64,000 bases of DNA from NCBI RefSeq assembly GCF_001194135.2, contig NC_068992.1, forward strand, positions 8,168,214 to 8,232,213. Direction: 5' to 3'. The notes under the pieces were generated by a model. That model was not told the DNA's origin. It made no database searches and saw nothing but the letters and a program-made list of their open reading frames with translations. This DNA comes from Octopus bimaculoides. Taxonomy: Eukaryota. How positions within the stretch are numbered: position 1 is the stretch's first letter; the number at the start of each line of letters is the position of its first letter. Positions 36,545 through 48,609 of the stretch are shown here, one piece after another. Position numbers and translations under genes: made by a program.

Positions 36545-37130
36545 TACAGGCACAAACTGAAATTTTGGGGAAAGGGCCTACTCGATTACATTGCCTCGGT
36601 GATCAATTTGAACTAATTTCTTCGACCCCGAAAAGGGGAAGTCGACCGCAGCGGATTTTGAAAATCAGAACGAAGAGACGGACGAATCTGCCTGCTTGCC
36701 GCTTTACATAAGAGAACTTAATAACGGTTTCAAATTTTGGTGCAAGACCAGAAAGTCCGAGGGAAGAAGTAAGTAGATTGCATCAACCTCCAGGGGTCAA
36801 TTGGTACTTATTTTATCGACCCCGAAAGGGTGAAAGACAAAGTCGATCTCGGTGGAATTTGAACACAGAACGTAAAGATGGACGACATGCTGATAAACAT
36901 TTTGTCCGACGTGTTAACGCTTCTGCCTTATAGAAATTAATAATACGATAAGATAACAAAAGAATCTCTGCATGGATACTTTATCTGTTGGATATAGTTG
37001 TACACATTGGCAGACATAGTCGTCACTATTATACTTTTCGTCCGTCTTTACGTTCCAAGTTCAAATTCACTCAAGGTCAACTTTGTCCTTCATCCTTTTG
37101 GGGCCAATAAAATAAGTACCAGTTGAGCAC
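36545..37130. mobile_element. Cluster of three SINE B copies (-, -, +)
   Basis: cgaccccgaaaagggg.agtcgacc; ggtttcaaattttggtgcaag...gaaaggg.gaaagacaaagtcgatctcggtggaatttgaac; gttcaaattc...aggtcaactttgtccttcatcc. Confidence 0.8.
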
Positions 37131-37284
37131 ATTCTACCACGACTAACCTTTCTTCGTTCACGCATTAAGTTTTCTTCTTCCACATTTAATTCTTCTTCAT
37201 CCGTAGCTAAACTTTCCTCTTCCCCAGCTAAATGCCTTCTTCCTCTGTCAATCTGCCTTCCACGGCAAAACTTGTTTCCTCTCT

Positions 37285-37459
37285 AGTGAAGCAGCTCGTT
37301 TTGCAACCACGTGGTTTCGGGTTCAGTCCTACTGCGTGGTTCCTTAGGCAAGTGTCTTCTCCTACTGTCCCAGCGACCAATACTTCTAAGTGAATTTGTT
37401 AGATTTTGCGTGGAAACCTGACACTTATACACACACACACACATTGCGTGTGTGTGTGT

Positions 37460-37498
<39 letters not shown>

Positions 37499-37735
37499 CG
37501 TCTTTGTGTTTGCACGCTGTGTGTTCCCCACCAATGCTTGACAATCGGCGTCGGTTTGTTTACATCTCCGTAACCTAGCACGATATATAAGTACCAGGAA
37601 TAAAAAATAAATACTGAAGTATATTTGTACTGAGGTATATTTGTACTGAGGTACATTTGTTCCTTCAAGCTGGTGTTCTAGCATGGCCGCCGCCCATTGA
37701 CTGAAAACAAGCAAGCAATAAAAGATAACTGAAAG
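37285..37735 (+). mobile_element. Old full-length SINE family A with internal (CA)/(TG) tract
   Basis: gcaaccacgtggtttcgggttcagtcctactgcgtgg...(TG)n...cttgacaatcggcgtcggtttgtttacatctccgtaac...ctagcatggccgc. A 17-bp triplication lies at about 37613-37660. Confidence 0.75.
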
Positions 37736-38464
37736 TCGATGAGTGACGATCTATCAGAAACAGTACAGCCACAGCCACAACCACGTACAAAATGCTTTAT
37801 AGTTTTACGATACGGCCTTTTACGTACCGAATTCAAGCTATGCCAATACTGACTTTCATCCCTCTGAGGTCGAAGAAAAAATGCACTGATAAGACACTAG
37901 AATAGAATCAATCGAATGTATCCTCTAACACTATCCTTAAAACATTGTTTTTGTGCCAAAGTTTAGAACTCAATATTTTATTATTACTAGTACTATACTA
38001 ATGACAAATTTGCTCACAGAGTTGTTTATGAAAATAATGATGTCTTCCATTGGCACCAAGCCACACGTTCATGAATGAGGAGAAGGGAGTGTGTGGTCGA
38101 TGAATCCATTTTAGTATATGACTGGTGTTTATTTTATCGACACCACAGTAGACAGATTCTACGTTAAATGTAGAAGCATTGACTTGAGTATTGCTTTTCG
38201 TGTGGGTGGTGCATTTAGGAAAATTTTCACAGTAATTTATACTCTCAAATAAGTCAATTATCTACACGAGGGTCCCTAACAACCTGACCGCTAATCAGTA
38301 CCGGAGATGAATGATTTGGTACCGGGCCGCACAGAAAGTATAAATTTTGGAATTTTGCTTCCATTTTATTGACTTTCGTAGTTAGCAGGGTTTTGTTTGC
38401 ATTTATATTATGAATTATATATTGCATATATACATAAATATACACGCACACAAACGTACTGTGA

Positions 38465-38683
38465 AGGCGCATGGCTCAGTGGTTTGATCGTGAGGTAGTG
38501 AGTTCGATTCCGGGATCGGGCTGTGTTATGTTCTTGAGCAATACACTTTATTTCATGTTGCTCCAGTTCACTCAGCAGTAGGAAATAAGTGGCGACGTCA
38601 CAGGTGCCAAGTTGTATCGGCTTTTACCTTTCTCTTGGACATCGGTGGAGGGGATACTGGTCCACATAGACAAGCCCGACTAA

Positions 38684-38690
<7 letters not shown>
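38465..38690 (+). mobile_element. SINE family F (tRNA head plus CORE-like centre) with (AAT)n tail
   Basis: ggcgcatggctcagtggtt (A box), gagttcgattcc (B box), gttcttgagcaatacactttatttc..gttgctccagttcactcagc, followed by (AAT)n at 38687-38728. Confidence 0.75.
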
Positions 38691-38730
<40 letters not shown>

Positions 38731-38819
38731 ACAATCTACAGTTAATTTTGCGATACATTTCAAGGCAGCTTATGATTCGGTCAATTTAATGTTTTGTTTC
38801 AGCTTCCCCCTTCTCCTCC

Positions 38820-38823
38820 CCCC

Positions 38824-38878
<55 letters not shown>

Positions 38879-39035
38879 CTCTCTATATATATATGTCCTT
38901 TCTCTATCGGCTTCTTTATCACTCTGCATTCTTCTCGTTCTCTTTATCTTTTACTCTTCACCCAATGTCTCTCCCTTCCCCCCCTCTCTCTCTCTATCCA
39001 TCTGTCTTTTATTTTACTGTCTCTCCCACTAGCTT

Positions 39036-39110
<75 letters not shown>
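38820..39110. repeat. (TATC)n and (CT)n microsatellites
   Basis: Directly visible simple repeats. Confidence 0.95.
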
Positions 39111-39114
<4 letters not shown>

Positions 39115-39769
39115 CCCTGCCTAAAATCTCCAATTGCTTATCCCCTCCTCGTTCCACTTCACATATCATCACTGTCTTGGCTTCATTTCTTCGGGAATAA
39201 ATAATCAGAGTTTTGAATCTTCTTCTCCAGGTTCCTTCAATGAATCTATAACTCACCCAACCCCACCCCGGCCACCTCATCCCAACTCCCCACCAGTGGA
39301 AAAAACACTTATTGAACTTAACCAATAATTCATCTCCATCATACGCATGTCAAATTATATATTTTCTTACTTTAATTCTTTTTTATTTACTTCCTTTCAT
39401 TAATGGGGAGTCTAGAAATATTTTCTCGTCTTTATTACTTTCTATTTCAAATTTTCGACCGTTTAATTTGCTCAAATTCTGACTCTTTTCCAACCTTGCT
39501 AAAAATCGTACAAAAGGCCGTTTCTCTTAAATTACATCTAGCTCCCTCTCTATCATCCTCCTCTTTTTGTATTCTTTCTCGCTTTATGCATACATTTTCC
39601 ACTGAGAGACTAACCCTGCCTCATGTAGATATACATGATAGATAAATATCGATATGCATATATGCATAAAAACACGTGAAGTCAAGTTACACACACATAT
39701 ATTTGTGTGTGTGTATGTGTGTGTATGTGTATATGCATATAATATATATATATACCTTTATACATATAT

Positions 39770-40070
39770 ATGCAGTTTCCGTCTACCAAATCCACTCACA
39801 AGGCTTCGGTCGGCCCGAAGCTATAGTAGAAGCCACTTACCCAAGGTGCCACGCAGTGGGATTTGAACCCGGAACCATGTGGTTGGTAAGCAAGCTACTT
39901 ACCACACAACCACTCTTACGCCTATATGGGCTTCTTTCTGTTTCTGTCTACCCAATCCACTCACAAAACATTGAACGGATGGAGGCTATTGTAGAAAACA
40001 TTTACCGAATGTGCCATACGGTGGGACTGAACCCGGAACCATGCGGTTGGGAAGCAAACCTCTCCTCCAT
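39770..40070 (-). mobile_element. Two head-to-tail SINE A head and body copies
   Basis: cagtttccgtctaccaaatccactcacaaggc...ccacacaaccactc (39773-39925) and a more diverged copy (39930-40070). Confidence 0.85.
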
Positions 40071-40790
40071 GCGCGTGCGCACGCACACATACATACACTC
40101 ATCCCACACACACGCGCGCATGTATATATCCTTGTACTATAGGCATACGGCCTGCACATGCGTATACATACAGAATACATTTGTTTGTGTGAGAATGTAT
40201 GTATATACGTGTGTATATACGTGTGTATATACGTGTGTATGTTTATTCGTGAGTGTTAGTCTGCATGTATGTGATAATGTGTTTGTGTGCGTGTGCCTGT
40301 ATGTGTGCATGTGTGTGTATATGCGTGTGCGTGTGCGTGCGTGTGTAAATGTAGATTCATGTGTGTGTATGCATGTATATAATCTATCAATCTCTGTGCA
40401 AATGTATGCGTTGGTGTAAAACATAATTTCAATTTCGTGAAGGGGACGTATTGAGAGGTGTGTAATCGCAAGACGCAAAATATATTAGACTTTTAGGCAA
40501 GTAGATCAAAACTAAAACGAAAAAAAAAAAAATAATAAATAAGCAAGAAAACCCGCTTATACTATTGTTCACGTGATGACTGCTGGGAGCCAATTAGAGG
40601 AGACAGTGATAAAGCTATTATTCTCTGTGGAAATTGCTTGTAGCTTTCTACAACTATAATTAAAGTTCAGAACTGCAGTACAATTCACAATGATGTATTT
40701 TACGATTTCAATTGGTTATCGTGTTTCAAATACTCTATTGCCAGTGTATAATAGGCTAATAATCTATCTTCAATACATACTGATATACGG

Positions 40791-41720
40791 ACGAGGGTCG
40801 GCTGAAAAATTCATAGGTTGATCAAGATATTCTCATGGAATGTGACCAAACGGGGTTTTTATTTTTCAATATAGTTCGCCTTGCAATCCACGTTCTTCTT
40901 CCATTGGTGTTGTAGTGCTTGGATCTCACTGGTGAAGAAGTTTTCATCCATTTGCAAACTGGCGTAGTACTCTCCGTTGATGGCATGGCCCTTTTGGCGT
41001 GGTCGATAAATACAATGCTTTTGCATCCTCCAAAACTGAGGCCATCACCTTCCCTGCAGATGAAACGACCTTGGGCTTCTTTGGAGCAGGTGAGGAGGAA
41101 TGCTTCCTCTACATAGATTGTCTCTTTGTCTCTGGCTTAGAGTAATGAAGCCAACACTCATCCAGGGTTAGGAAATGTTCAAGGAAATCAGTTGGATCTG
41201 CCCGAAATAATGTCAGATTTTCCCATAATGTTGTGCTATTGATCAGGTGTCAGAAGACATGGCACCCACCCAGCAGAATCCTTTGTCGAGCGAAGTTCCT
41301 TGTGAAGAATATTCTCAACTATCGCACGAGATATGTTAAGACCATTGGTTATTTGATTTATAGTCAATTGCCTGTCATCCATCACCATGTGGTGAATGCG
41401 ATCAATGTTTTGCTCGGTGGTGGCAGTTGCAGGATGTCCAGACCTTGGGTTATCTTCAGGATTCTTCTTTTCCCTTCTAAATTCAGTTGCCCACTTTTAC
41501 ACTGTTGATAAAGCTGGAGGATCATCTCCTCTTGTAGCAACCATGTCTGCATGAATGTCTTTGGAGACTAAACCCTCTGCAGGTACTTGATAACAGCGTG
41601 GTGCCAAATTTTGTCAGTTTTTAAGGGAAAGTCGCTACTATTTAGTTTTGAAGTCTTCTTTGAACTGTCAGATGTCAGTTTACCTGTCTGAAACAAGCAT
41701 TTACAGGCTCAGATGTCTTC
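40791..41720 (-). mobile_element. Mariner relic with a central deletion in the transposase
   Basis: Minus-strand frame 41618 to 40859: DKIWHHAVIKYL..HADMVAT..LSTV*KW..EF...DNPRSGHP...WVP..FLTLDECW..PETKRQS..SAGKVMASV...NGEYYASL, then a jump to FFTSEIQALQHQWKKNVDCKANYIEK*. The HDN and SPDLAP blocks are missing. One TIR at 40791 (acgagggtcggctgaaaaattcatagg). Confidence 0.92.
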
Positions 41721-42838
41721 CAAACAACGGCTTGTTCTGAATACATGCTACAAAAAGCATCTAATGATGTTATACCAGGAGTTATGCTAGCTCCCCATAA
41801 AAATAAAATGGAATTGATGTATCTATCGTGATACGATCATATGAGGGGTTGTTTCTCATAACTTAAGCTCCAGCTTCTGTAGACACGCCTCTTATTTCGA
41901 AAGAACGTGCCACCAAACTGGCCGGCTTTAGAAGCCTCGTTTTAATCCCTGTGGGCTTGTACTAAACAAGTGTTAGAGTAACTTAGGAGATGAGAAAATA
42001 TTTGAAAACAATATTACATCCATCTTAATCTTTGAAGTAGGGAGAGAAAAAAAAAGCGATACGTGTGAGAGGCGGAAACGCATTCTGTCAGAGACGCTTT
42101 TGAGATCGGGGTAATATTTTCTCAGAGAGATAAAGATTGGTACAGAACAAAGAAAGAAAGAAAAAAAAATAAAAGCGAAAACAAGAAATGGAGTAAAAAA
42201 AGACTAGTCTTTCGATCCATCTAGGTAATAGCAGTTCCCACTTAGATCTGGAATGTAAAACTTCCATGATAATTTTTTTTTTAATATATGAGGCAAATAT
42301 AATTTGAATATGGGAAAGATTTGACGTGTTACGTAAGGGAGGTTATGGTTGTTGTCGGGGATACATATTAGCCAGTAAATGCTTGTTTCAGACAGGCAAT
42401 CTAGTTATTGGCGTAGATTTTACTGAAAAGTAGAAGACTGGCCTAACTGACTAATTTTGTTAAACACTCTTGAAAAATGATAGAAGAAATAATAAGAAAA
42501 AGAAGAGATGATAGATTTCATTTTAATTAAATTTAATAGAAGAACAGCAACTCCTGATTTGGTGTGGAAGAGAAGTATAGAAAATGAAAAAAAGAAAAGA
42601 AAATGTATTATTATTTTAACTGAAATAAATTGGAAAAGCAGACTGACCTGGGTGCGTTATGTGAGAGCTCAGGGAGTTAGAGGGAAAGGTGGAGGTAAAT
42701 ATTGGCTTGTAAAATTGGTTAAAATAAGAAATGCTTTACCCACACACACCACACTCGCCCACAGAGGGTTAAATGCATACATATTCATCCACTCCAAGCG
42801 CATGCATACATATTTATGTATGTATGTATGTATGTATG

Positions 42839-42874
<36 letters not shown>

Positions 42875-43299
42875 ATTACATACACACAAACACACGCACG
42901 CCAATATATATGTATATATANNNNNNNNNNNNNNNNNNNNNNNNNNNNNNNNNNNNNNNNNNNNNNNNNNNNNNNNNNNNNNNNNNNNNNNNNNNNNNNN
43001 NNNNNNNNNNNNNNNNNNNNNNNNNNNNNNNNNNNNNNNNNNNNNNNNNNNNNNNNNNNNNNNNNNNNNNNNNNNNNNNNNNNNNNNNNNNNNNNNNNNN
43101 NNNNNNNNNNNNNNNNNNNNNNNNNNNNNNNNNNNNNNNNNNNNNNNNNNNNNNNNNNNNNNNNNNNNNNNNNNNNNNNNNNNNNNNNNNNNNNNNNNNN
43201 NNNNNNNNNNNNNNNNNNNNNNNNNNNNNNNNNNNNNNNNNNNNNNNNNNNNNNNNNNNNNNNNNNNNNNNNNNNNNNNNNNNNNNNNNNNNNNNNNNN

Positions 43300-43411
43300 C
43301 TTCTTCTTCTTCTTCTTCTTCTTCTTCTTCTTCTTCTTCTTCTTCTTCTTCTTCTTCTTCTTCTTCTTCTTCTTCTTCTTCTTCTTCTTCTTCTTCTTCT
43401 TCTTCTTCTTC
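43300..43411. repeat. (CTT)n microsatellite at gap edge
   Basis: Perfect trinucleotide run. Confidence 0.98.
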
Positions 43412-43683
43412 ATTAATCGAACTGTAAAAATATTTAAAGCATTACAAAATTTTAGTCTATAGCATGCACTTGTATACACGTATAGACATACAAGCATCTG
43501 TAAATACACACATATATGAGACGTTGTGTGATTAATATGAGGGACTATCTGTTTATGTGCGATGATTACCGTTTTGGACATTAATGTCCCCACTATCTAC
43601 CTTGTTAAATGATTTGTTATTCTTCGGATCGCATTCTTTGACGATACGTTTTATTCATGATCGTTTCAATATTTGTCTTAAAT

Positions 43684-43785
43684 ATGAATTCGTCATGCGA
43701 AGAATCACAAGAAATAACAGAGCTTGAAATGACAGCAGTATGGACAACATTGGAAAGAATCGATGAAAAAACAACATCGACAAAG
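43684..43785 (+). CDS. Candidate first coding exon of an unknown host gene (MNSSCEESQEITELEMTAVWTTLERIDEKTTSTK)
   Basis: ATG at 43684; non-repetitive, protein-like frame ending at a good phase-0 donor AAG|GTAAAC (GT at 43786). Confidence 0.3.
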
Positions 43786-44133
43786 GTAAACGGAATGCTA
43801 TTAGTTAGAGTTAGAGAAGAAATCGAAATTATAAAGTGCATTTTTCTTGGTGTTGTAAACATGGTAATGACTTACGTCGAAGCTATTCAATAATTAAAAG
43901 AGGAAAAAAACAAAACAAAACACATCCTTGTGTTGGTTATATGAATAGAATGAAATTACACTTGGTCAAACTTCGCCCTGAGCTAAATTATTTCACGACA
44001 AAACAATTATTACAGAAACCGATATTGCTTAAACACAACAGAAAGATTGTTGATTGTAATTTCATTTCTTAAAGTGGGAACAATGCACAAATAATAGTAA
44101 ACAGACGTATTTCCCGAATACATATATCTACAG

Positions 44134-44241
44134 TATGTATTGGACTACGTGTGCAATAAACCAGACTCCGACTGTCACGATTTTGCCTCGCTTATGACTA
44201 AAGCAGTAACCACAGTAATTATGTGTATTATGAAATGGGAG
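44134..44241 (+). CDS. Candidate second exon (YVLDYVCNKPDSDCHDFASLMTKAVTT[VIMCIMKWE])
   Basis: Acceptor ctacAG (44132-44133) is in phase 0 with the preceding candidate. Possible donors are ACA|GTAATT (44214) and GAG|GTATAG (44241). The polypyrimidine tract is weak. Confidence 0.28.
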
Positions 44242-44652
44242 GTATAGATAACTGGTATGTCTTCTTAATAAAATGTTTCAAGAAAAGACTGCTTTGTTTT
44301 TCAAACTCCCATAGCAAAAGCGATAAGTCGTTAGGACTGTTAAGCGATCCACTGAGTCAACGCTTCTAGTATTTATCAATAACAACCGAACATATTTACA
44401 TCTGAGTAATGGCACTAGAAGAAGCTCAGCATTAAACAAAGGCAATACAATAAAAACAAAATGTAATCCTAGATTTGGAAGTCAGTAAAAATGATCTCTG
44501 GCCCACGGCAGATTATCAGCTACCAGGTGATACTCATCAAATGCAAACAACACTCCTCATTGCCAAAAACTGAAAAATAAAAATGAAATATTTGGAGACT
44601 AAAAAAAGTTGGACACTAGATTTATATATGATTCTGAAAGCTGAGTTATTTA

Positions 44653-44751
44653 TTTCGATCAATAAACACTCACAACGCCCGGTCTGGGAATCGAAACCGC
44701 GATCCTATGACCGCGAGTCCGCTGCCCTAACCACTGGACCATTGCGCCTCC
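44653..44751 (-). mobile_element. SINE family C, tRNA-like head only
   Basis: Minus strand ggaggcgcaatggtccagtggttagggcagcggactcgcggtcataggatcgcggtttcgattcccagaccgggcgttgtgagtgtttattg. Confidence 0.9.
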
Positions 44752-45061
44752 GCTACAAGTCATGATGTAGTGATCAGAAAACCGTACATTGCAACCCGTA
44801 GGAAGTATAGTCTTGAAGCTCAAAATATATAAGAAGTCAAAGTGATATATAGGATACAGTTTACCTATTAAATAACAGAAAACTGACGGAAAGTCCGTGT
44901 AAGAATTTCTGAAGAAATATAAACGCATCAGACGAAGCTTAAAGATCTATGGGGAAAAAAAACAGTTGCAGAAATCAATTGTTATTTTAAAAGCAAAAGA
45001 GTATATTTATAGATTTTATCAAACATTGCGTAAAAGATACATATAAGCACCCCGTCTCTAT

Positions 45062-45235
45062 GTAGGCGTAGGCGTAGGCATGGCTGTGTGGTAATAAATC
45101 ATCTTTTCGATCACATGGTTCCGGGTTTAGTTTGACTGTGTGGCATTTTGAACACGTGTGTTCTACTATAGCCTTGGGCCGCCCAAATCTTTGTGAGTAC
45201 ATTTGGTAGACGGAAACTGAAAGAAGCCCGTCATA
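45062..45235 (+). mobile_element. SINE family A head and body followed by a microsatellite block (to about 45700)
   Basis: ggcgtaggcatggctgtgtggtaa...atttggtagacggaaactgaaagaagcccgtc. Confidence 0.85.
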
Positions 45236-45631
45236 TATATATATACGTGTGTGTGTGTATGTGTGTGTGTGTCTGCCTCTGCATCGCTTTACACAGAACT
45301 ACACACACACACAAACAGACACACACACACACACACGTACACACATACGCACGCACACACACACATACATACACACACACACGCACGCACACACATACAC
45401 ACACACGAACACATATACATTTACATATACACACATGTATGCTTATATACATATATAAACACACACATACATAGAAACACAAATACCTTAAAGAATAAAG
45501 CTAATACCTTATAGGAAAGTAGGAACCTCTTCATAAGCACGCACTCACACTTTGATGGAAAAGTATGTGTGTGTTTATATGTATCCATGCCTATATACAT
45601 TACATATGTATATACACATATACACATGTAT

Positions 45632-45695
<64 letters not shown>

Positions 45696-45931
45696 GTATG
45701 TATGTATTTTATGTACATATAATGGAGATTGAATGGGAATAGCGACTCTTCTATTATCCAAATGAGTCCTTTTGTATGAACATCACGTACAGTATTGGTT
45801 ACGGTTCCGCTTCTGGAAACAATTATGGTACAGTCGACAATGCTCTCTTGCCCTGCCAATTCGGTCAATATTTATCTATCCATCCATCTATCTATTTATC
45901 TATCTATCTGCCTGTCTGTCTATGCGTCTCC

Positions 45932-45963
<32 letters not shown>

Positions 45964-46424
45964 NNNNNNNNNNNNNNNNNNNNNNNNNNNNNNNNNNNNN
46001 NNNNNNNNNNNNNNNNNNNNNNNNNNNNNNNNNNNNNNNNNNNNNNNNNNNNNNNNNNNNNNNNNNNNNNNNNNNNNNNNNNNNNNNNNNNNNNNNNNNN
46101 NNNNNNNNNNNNTATATATATATATATATATATATGTATATGTATATATATATGTGTGTGTGTGCATGTGTGTGTGTGCATGTGTGTGTGCGTGTATGTG
46201 CGTGTGTGTGTATAAATATAAAAGATAAGATATTGTGTGTTATTTTAACAAAAATATTAACGATACTAATTATTTCCCAAATATTGATTGTTTTTCAGCT
46301 GCCAATACTTTGTAAGTTTGATTACATTGAGAAAATTAATCAATCGATTAATTAATTTACTTCTTTATTGTATATCTTGAACCATTTGACAACAAAGGTG
46401 CAAAGCACTGATACCAGTCAGATT

Positions 46425-46638
46425 TTAACTGAAAAGTTTTTGGCTTTGGGTAAAAGAAAATACTAGGCAATCAATTAATTATGATTTTATTCGGCATAAT
46501 CCCCTCTCAGATTCATACACTTATTGCAGCAGTCCTTAAGTTTTTCTAAGCCCAGTAAAAGAATTCAAAAGTTTGGGTCTCCGACAAGCCCTTTCGCGAT
46601 ATCCTTAAAGCCAGGAACTTTTCAGTAACCCTTTGTAA
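46425..46638. mobile_element. Short non-autonomous mariner derivative (MITE)
   Basis: TIRs ctgaaaagtttttggcttt / aaagccaggaacttttcag. The minus-strand interior encodes LGLEKLKDCCNKCMNLRGDYAE*, a mariner C-terminus (GIxKLxxRWxKCIxxxGDYVE). Confidence 0.8.
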
Positions 46639-48029
46639 ATTCTCTTTATTGTCTTAAAAAAAAAAGTGAAAGAACTGTGTGCAACTGCTTTTTTTTTTCT
46701 AACTTTAATGTTACGGTGCATTCACGAGGTGGTTATTAACGTGTCACTATTTTTTTCTGATTTCAATAAGTTTCGAGCTTCGCTTTAAGACCATTACGTA
46801 CACAACACTGACAAACATATCTGCGTCCGAATCTACTGGAATATATCAAAAATAAATATGCAAATCATCATTTAAAATCTCACTGTACAGAGTGCAAATT
46901 ACGATTTTTAATTGGTTGGTAGATATCAAAACTGATAAACAATCAATTTGTCCGCTGAAATAATAAACAAATCCACTATTTTATAATATTGTGATTAAAA
47001 TGAAAGAACACGACTTACTAATTCATTCTTAAAACGTTCCGGCATATTCGAACGTAAATATGCTAATCGCTGTTGTATTTCGTCACTGGAGATCAACTTC
47101 CTACAGACGAATATATTTTCCTAACACAACCAATTCATTAGCGTAAGGAGAAATTAGGACGACCATTGTTTCGACATTGTTGTGCCTTCTCAGCCAAAGC
47201 TACTCCGGACAAATGAGTCTAAGAACATTGTAGCTCTTGTTTATAACTTCAGCAAAATAAAGAAAATAAATCAAATGCTTATGCGTGCTTATATCTTTCA
47301 AATAATCATTTATTAAAGTAAACTAATTTCCTATCAATTCTGTTACTAGAAATATCACATGTTTGAACGTCTTGCAAACGTCTTATTAATTTTATAATCA
47401 ATAAAATGAGATGAAGAATAGCCTTTTATATTTTTATGAAACAGTTTTAATGTTAAAGTAGAGCTTTGAATATGCTTCTACCCGATTTGCTCCAGTAATT
47501 TCCAGTTTGATCTCCACTGCATCACAACGAATAAAATACAACTGACAACCATTGATTTCGGAGGAATTTCAACCATGTTTCGTGGTCTGCTACCACAACC
47601 GCTTCTTTATAGGATCCAATTATCTCATTACCGAATTTTTAAAACTGATAGGTATGATTTGAATAAGTTTTCACTGATATATCCAACATTTCGAACGGCT
47701 TTAAGGAGTATTCCTCTTAGATTCGCGACCTATCGTTTATTGCGAATGGTGCAAACGTATAACTACGTATACCTGAGTATGAAGAAATCATCATCACTGT
47801 TGTTGTTGTTTACTTACTTTGACGAAGCAAAATGGAAATGTTTCGCAGACCAACGTTGTCTTGTACGAAAAATTGTGACTATGAAAGAAATCAATAGTCT
47901 GCTAAAGAAATCGATAATAGTTGAGTAAGAAGGCAAACAGTGGAAGGAGTTAGAAACGGTTCCATGATTAAGAATTATATTTTGTGCATTTATATTTTTA
48001 TTCGTTGTTATTATTCTTATTAATTTCAT

Positions 48030-48059
48030 CGTCATTATAATCATCGTCGTTGTCATCAT

Positions 48060-48100
<41 letters not shown>

Positions 48101-48190
48101 TCATTGTCGTCATCATCGTCATCACCATCCGCCTCCTCATCCTCCTCTTTATCATCATCGACGTCATCGTCACTGTCTTCGCCATCGTTG

Positions 48191-48222
<32 letters not shown>

Positions 48223-48416
48223 GTCGTTGTCGTCATGCTTAGTGACACTTCTTCCGGTTTTATATTCTGAGTTCAAATTCCGATGAGATTGACGGTGCTT
48301 TTCAACCTTTCGGGGTCGATAAAATAAGAACCAACCGAGCACTGAGGTCGATGTAATCCACTTACCCACTCCCCCGAAATTGCTGGCATTCTGCCAAAAT
48401 TTGAAACCATTATTAC

Positions 48417-48473
<57 letters not shown>

Positions 48474-48600
48474 TGTTGTTGTTGTAGTTGTTGCTGTTGC
48501 TGTTGTTGTTGTTGTTATTATTATTATTATTATTATTGTTGTTGTTATTATTATTAATATTATTATTATTATTATTATTATTATCATCATCATTATTATC
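48030..48600. repeat. (ATC/AGC)n and (ATT/GTT)n trinucleotide tracts around a SINE B (about 48240-48410, +)
   Basis: Visible repeats; gttcaaattcc...cctttcggggtcgataaaataag...gctggcattctgccaaaatttgaaacc. Confidence 0.85.
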
Positions 48601-48609
48601 ATTTCGTTA

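Noticed and set aside
37130-37280. Possible RTE-type LINE C-terminus (VEGR…RGR) on the minus strand; similar hint at 60980-61120
   Set aside because: Purine-rich low-complexity sequence; the motif match is too short.
44653-44751. Functional tRNA gene
   Set aside because: The tRNA-like head continues into SINE C body sequence that is near-identical to 19788-19870, so it is a SINE head rather than a tRNA.
45772-45870. SIGYG resembling a K+ channel selectivity filter, and other open frames in this island
   Set aside because: No preceding pore helix (TxxT) or flanking TM segments; weak splice sites; plausible-looking peptides occur in several frames.
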